Part shown: positions 62,029 through 64,000 of the stretch, one piece after another
Layout: the number at the start of each line of letters is the position of its first letter
Position numbering within the stretch: position 1 is the stretch's first letter
Assembly (NCBI GenBank): GCA_050951805.1
Contig: JBMNJT010000008.1
Span: forward strand, 96,001-160,000
DNA from: Bacillota bacterium
GTDB lineage: Bacteria; Bacillota; DTU025
DNA: 64,000 nt
Direction of reading: 5' to 3'
Notes under the pieces: model-generated
What the model was told of the DNA's origin: nothing
The model's input: only the letters and a program-made list of their open reading frames with translations
Database searches by the model: none
Translations under genes and position numbers: made by a program

Positions 62029-62218
62029 CTTCTCCATCCCCCTTTCGGGCGAGATTAATCGGCGTCCTCTGACGCGCTTAACACATAGTATAGCACCTCT
62101 TCTGTCAAATGGGCAGCAACCTAGGGAGGTTTTAGCAGATCCGCTTGTGGGACATCCCGGTTGGAGGATGGATGATGTTGGGTGGCGAAGATCTCTGTAG
62201 TGCGGAGGTGAAGTAGGG

Positions 62219-63160
62219 ATGTCACAGCTGGTCGTTGTAGATGGGGATATCGTCGATGTTGAGGAGGCGCACGTGAGCGTGCTTGACAGGGCCAATCTCT
62301 TCGGGGACGGACTATACGAAGTCATTCGATGCTACTCGGGATGCTTGTTCGAGTTGGCAACCCACGTGTCACGCATTCTTGAAGGCGCGAAGGCGCTCGG
62401 CATCTTGCATGATTGGACATCGGAGTCGGTGGAATTGGCGGCCAGGCGGCTGCAGGCCGAGACGGGGATTATGGAGGGCGAGATGTACATCCAGCTTTCG
62501 AGGGGCCCGGCGGTTCGGACGCACTACTTCCCCAAGATACAGTCGCCAACCATGTTTATCACGCTTTCGCCTGTCAGGCCCATCCCGGAAGGAGCGCGCA
62601 CAGTCGGGACCTCCGTCATTACCTGCCCGGACATGCGACATGGCTGGTGCCATTTGAAGACGGTGAATCTGTTGTCTAACTGTCTTGCCAAAGAAAAGGC
62701 CGCAAGGCATGGGGTGTGGGAAGGGCTCATGCTGAGGGGGCTGGACCGGAGCGCGTTGCCTCGGACTGTGGAGGAATACTGCAATGTGCCTGGGGAACTG
62801 TCCGGGGCAAAGCCGGGGGATGATGTTGCGGGGTGGGTTACTGAAGGCGCCAGCGCCAATCTGTTCGTTGTGAAGGACCGGTGGATCGCTACTCCCCCTG
62901 CCTGCAACATTTTGCCCGGGGTTACGCGCCGAATCGCGTTGGAGCTTGCGGAATTGGCCGGGCTTGACGCAGAGGAGAGGCCCGTTGCGGCAAAGGAGCT
63001 TCTCACAGCGGATGAGGTTTTTCTGACCAGCACTATAGGGGAGATAATGCCCGTGGTCAACATAGATGGACATTTGGTGGGCGCAGGAGAACCTGGCCCC
63101 ATAACCAAGAGGCTTGCTGAGATGTACACAGACCGCGTGGCAAGTGCCGCGTGTCAGTGA
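62219..63160 (+). CDS. Class IV aminotransferase (D-amino-acid aminotransferase-like)
   Basis: DRANLFGDGLYEVIR, LKTVNLL, VTEGASANLF, ILPGVTR, EVFLTST. Confidence 0.9.
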   Translation: MSQLVVVDGDIVDVEEAHVSVLDRANLFGDGLYEVIRCYSGCLFELATHVSRILEGAKALGILHDWTSESVELAARRLQAETGIMEGEMYIQLSRGPAVRTHYFPKIQSPTMFITLSPVRPIPEGARTVGTSVITCPDMRHGWCHLKTVNLLSNCLAKEKAARHGVWEGLMLRGLDRSALPRTVEEYCNVPGELSGAKPGDDVAGWVTEGASANLFVVKDRWIATPPACNILPGVTRRIALELAELAGLDAEERPVAAKELLTADEVFLTSTIGEIMPVVNIDGHLVGAGEPGPITKRLAEMYTDRVASAACQ

Positions 63161-63290
63161 AGGGTTGATTGTTGGCCAAAAGAATGTAGCTCGCCGCGCC
63201 TTGCGCCATGTGGGGGCGCGACCGCGGCGAGCTCTTTATTCACCGGCTGTTTGTCCTCATCATGCCGGAAAACCCAAGCCCGGGCAGTTT

Positions 63291-64000
63291 CTAAAACTCG
63301 AAGACGGACTTGATAAGGCCTGTGTGTCCGGCATTGAGGTTGGCCTCGATTGCTTGTTTGTAATCCTCGAGCGCAAATTTGTGTGTGAGAAAATGGGCCA
63401 GTTTCAGTCTCTCTGTGCGCAACAGCTCTACTGCTACTTCATACGTGCGCATCCGGCGTCCTTCGAATTTCTCCGTGGAGCACCAGAAGGATCCGCGGAC
63501 CTGTACTTCTTTTAACCATATTGGAGTCCAGTCCACGCCCTTGGGGAAAGACGCTAGCCCCACGAGGACCATGGTACCGTGGGGGAGGGTGAACCGGAGG
63601 GCATCGTCTATGCTAGTGGAGCTCCCTACGCAGTCGTAGACTATGTCGGCGCCGCCCAAAACGACTTTCTTGCCGAGCATCGGGTCGAGGAGCTTGGCGT
63701 CGAGGGCTTTTGCAAGGCTCGTATAGTAGTCTGATGAGCGACTCATGTACACTACCTCGTCCGCCCCGCATTCTTTTGCGGCCTCTCCTTGAAATGGGTA
63801 TTTGGCCAATGCTACGATGCGGGCTTTGCCGCCCAAAGCCCGGATGGCGGCGATGGCCGACAGACCTATTACTCCGCATCCTATCACGAGAACGGTCGAG
63901 TCGTCGCTCGGGAAATTCCTCATAACCGGGTGCAGGGAGGAACAAAAGGCGTCCACAAGCACTGCGTCCTCAAAGGAAACATTATCAGGAATGGGGATGA
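63291..64000 (-). CDS. Zinc-binding (MDR) dehydrogenase, C-terminal part; truncated by window end
   Basis: VLVIGCGVIG Rossmann motif, DIVYDCVGS, LTHKFALEDY. Confidence 0.85.
   Translation of the reverse strand, partial: IPIPDNVSFEDAVLVDAFCSSLHPVMRNFPSDDSTVLVIGCGVIGLSAIAAIRALGGKARIVALAKYPFQGEAAKECGADEVVYMSRSSDYYTSLAKALDAKLLDPMLGKKVVLGGADIVYDCVGSSTSIDDALRFTLPHGTMVLVGLASFPKGVDWTPIWLKEVQVRGSFWCSTEKFEGRRMRTYEVAVELLRTERLKLAHFLTHKFALEDYKQAIEANLNAGHTGLIKSVFEF

Overview
GC-rich Bacillota-like (probably anaerobic Firmicute) chromosomal window. Positions 1-8.2 kb are the end of a defence island: the 3' half of a BREX type 3-like locus (SNF2 helicase, pglZ, brxA-like), then a PD-(D/E)xK nuclease/DUF2075 helicase gene translationally coupled to a MazG-like pyrophosphatase. 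The nuclease-helicase gene is cleanly split by an IS256-family element (9-bp target duplication; removing the element restores the frame). The rest is mostly metabolic or housekeeping: DUF134-Mrp; a Liv-type ABC transporter with a permease-ATPase-ATPase triple fusion under a T-box whose specifier and discriminator both point to tryptophan; a MalT/SARP(BTAD) regulator; a fabG-CoA transferase-atypical KASIII-thiolase-Liv ABC operon whose promoter has three 11-bp-phased heptamers; creatininase; a long beta-CASP nuclease with repeated KH-like C-terminal modules; tandem S41 peptidases; an unannotated decayed IS110 element with a structured non-coding end; Hsp20, nitroreductase, sfsA; a PyrR-attenuated pyr operon; MMPL-TetR; a carboxyltransferase; a class IV aminotransferase. 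I saw no tRNA, rRNA or CRISPR array. All family assignments come from motif recognition by eye, not database searches.
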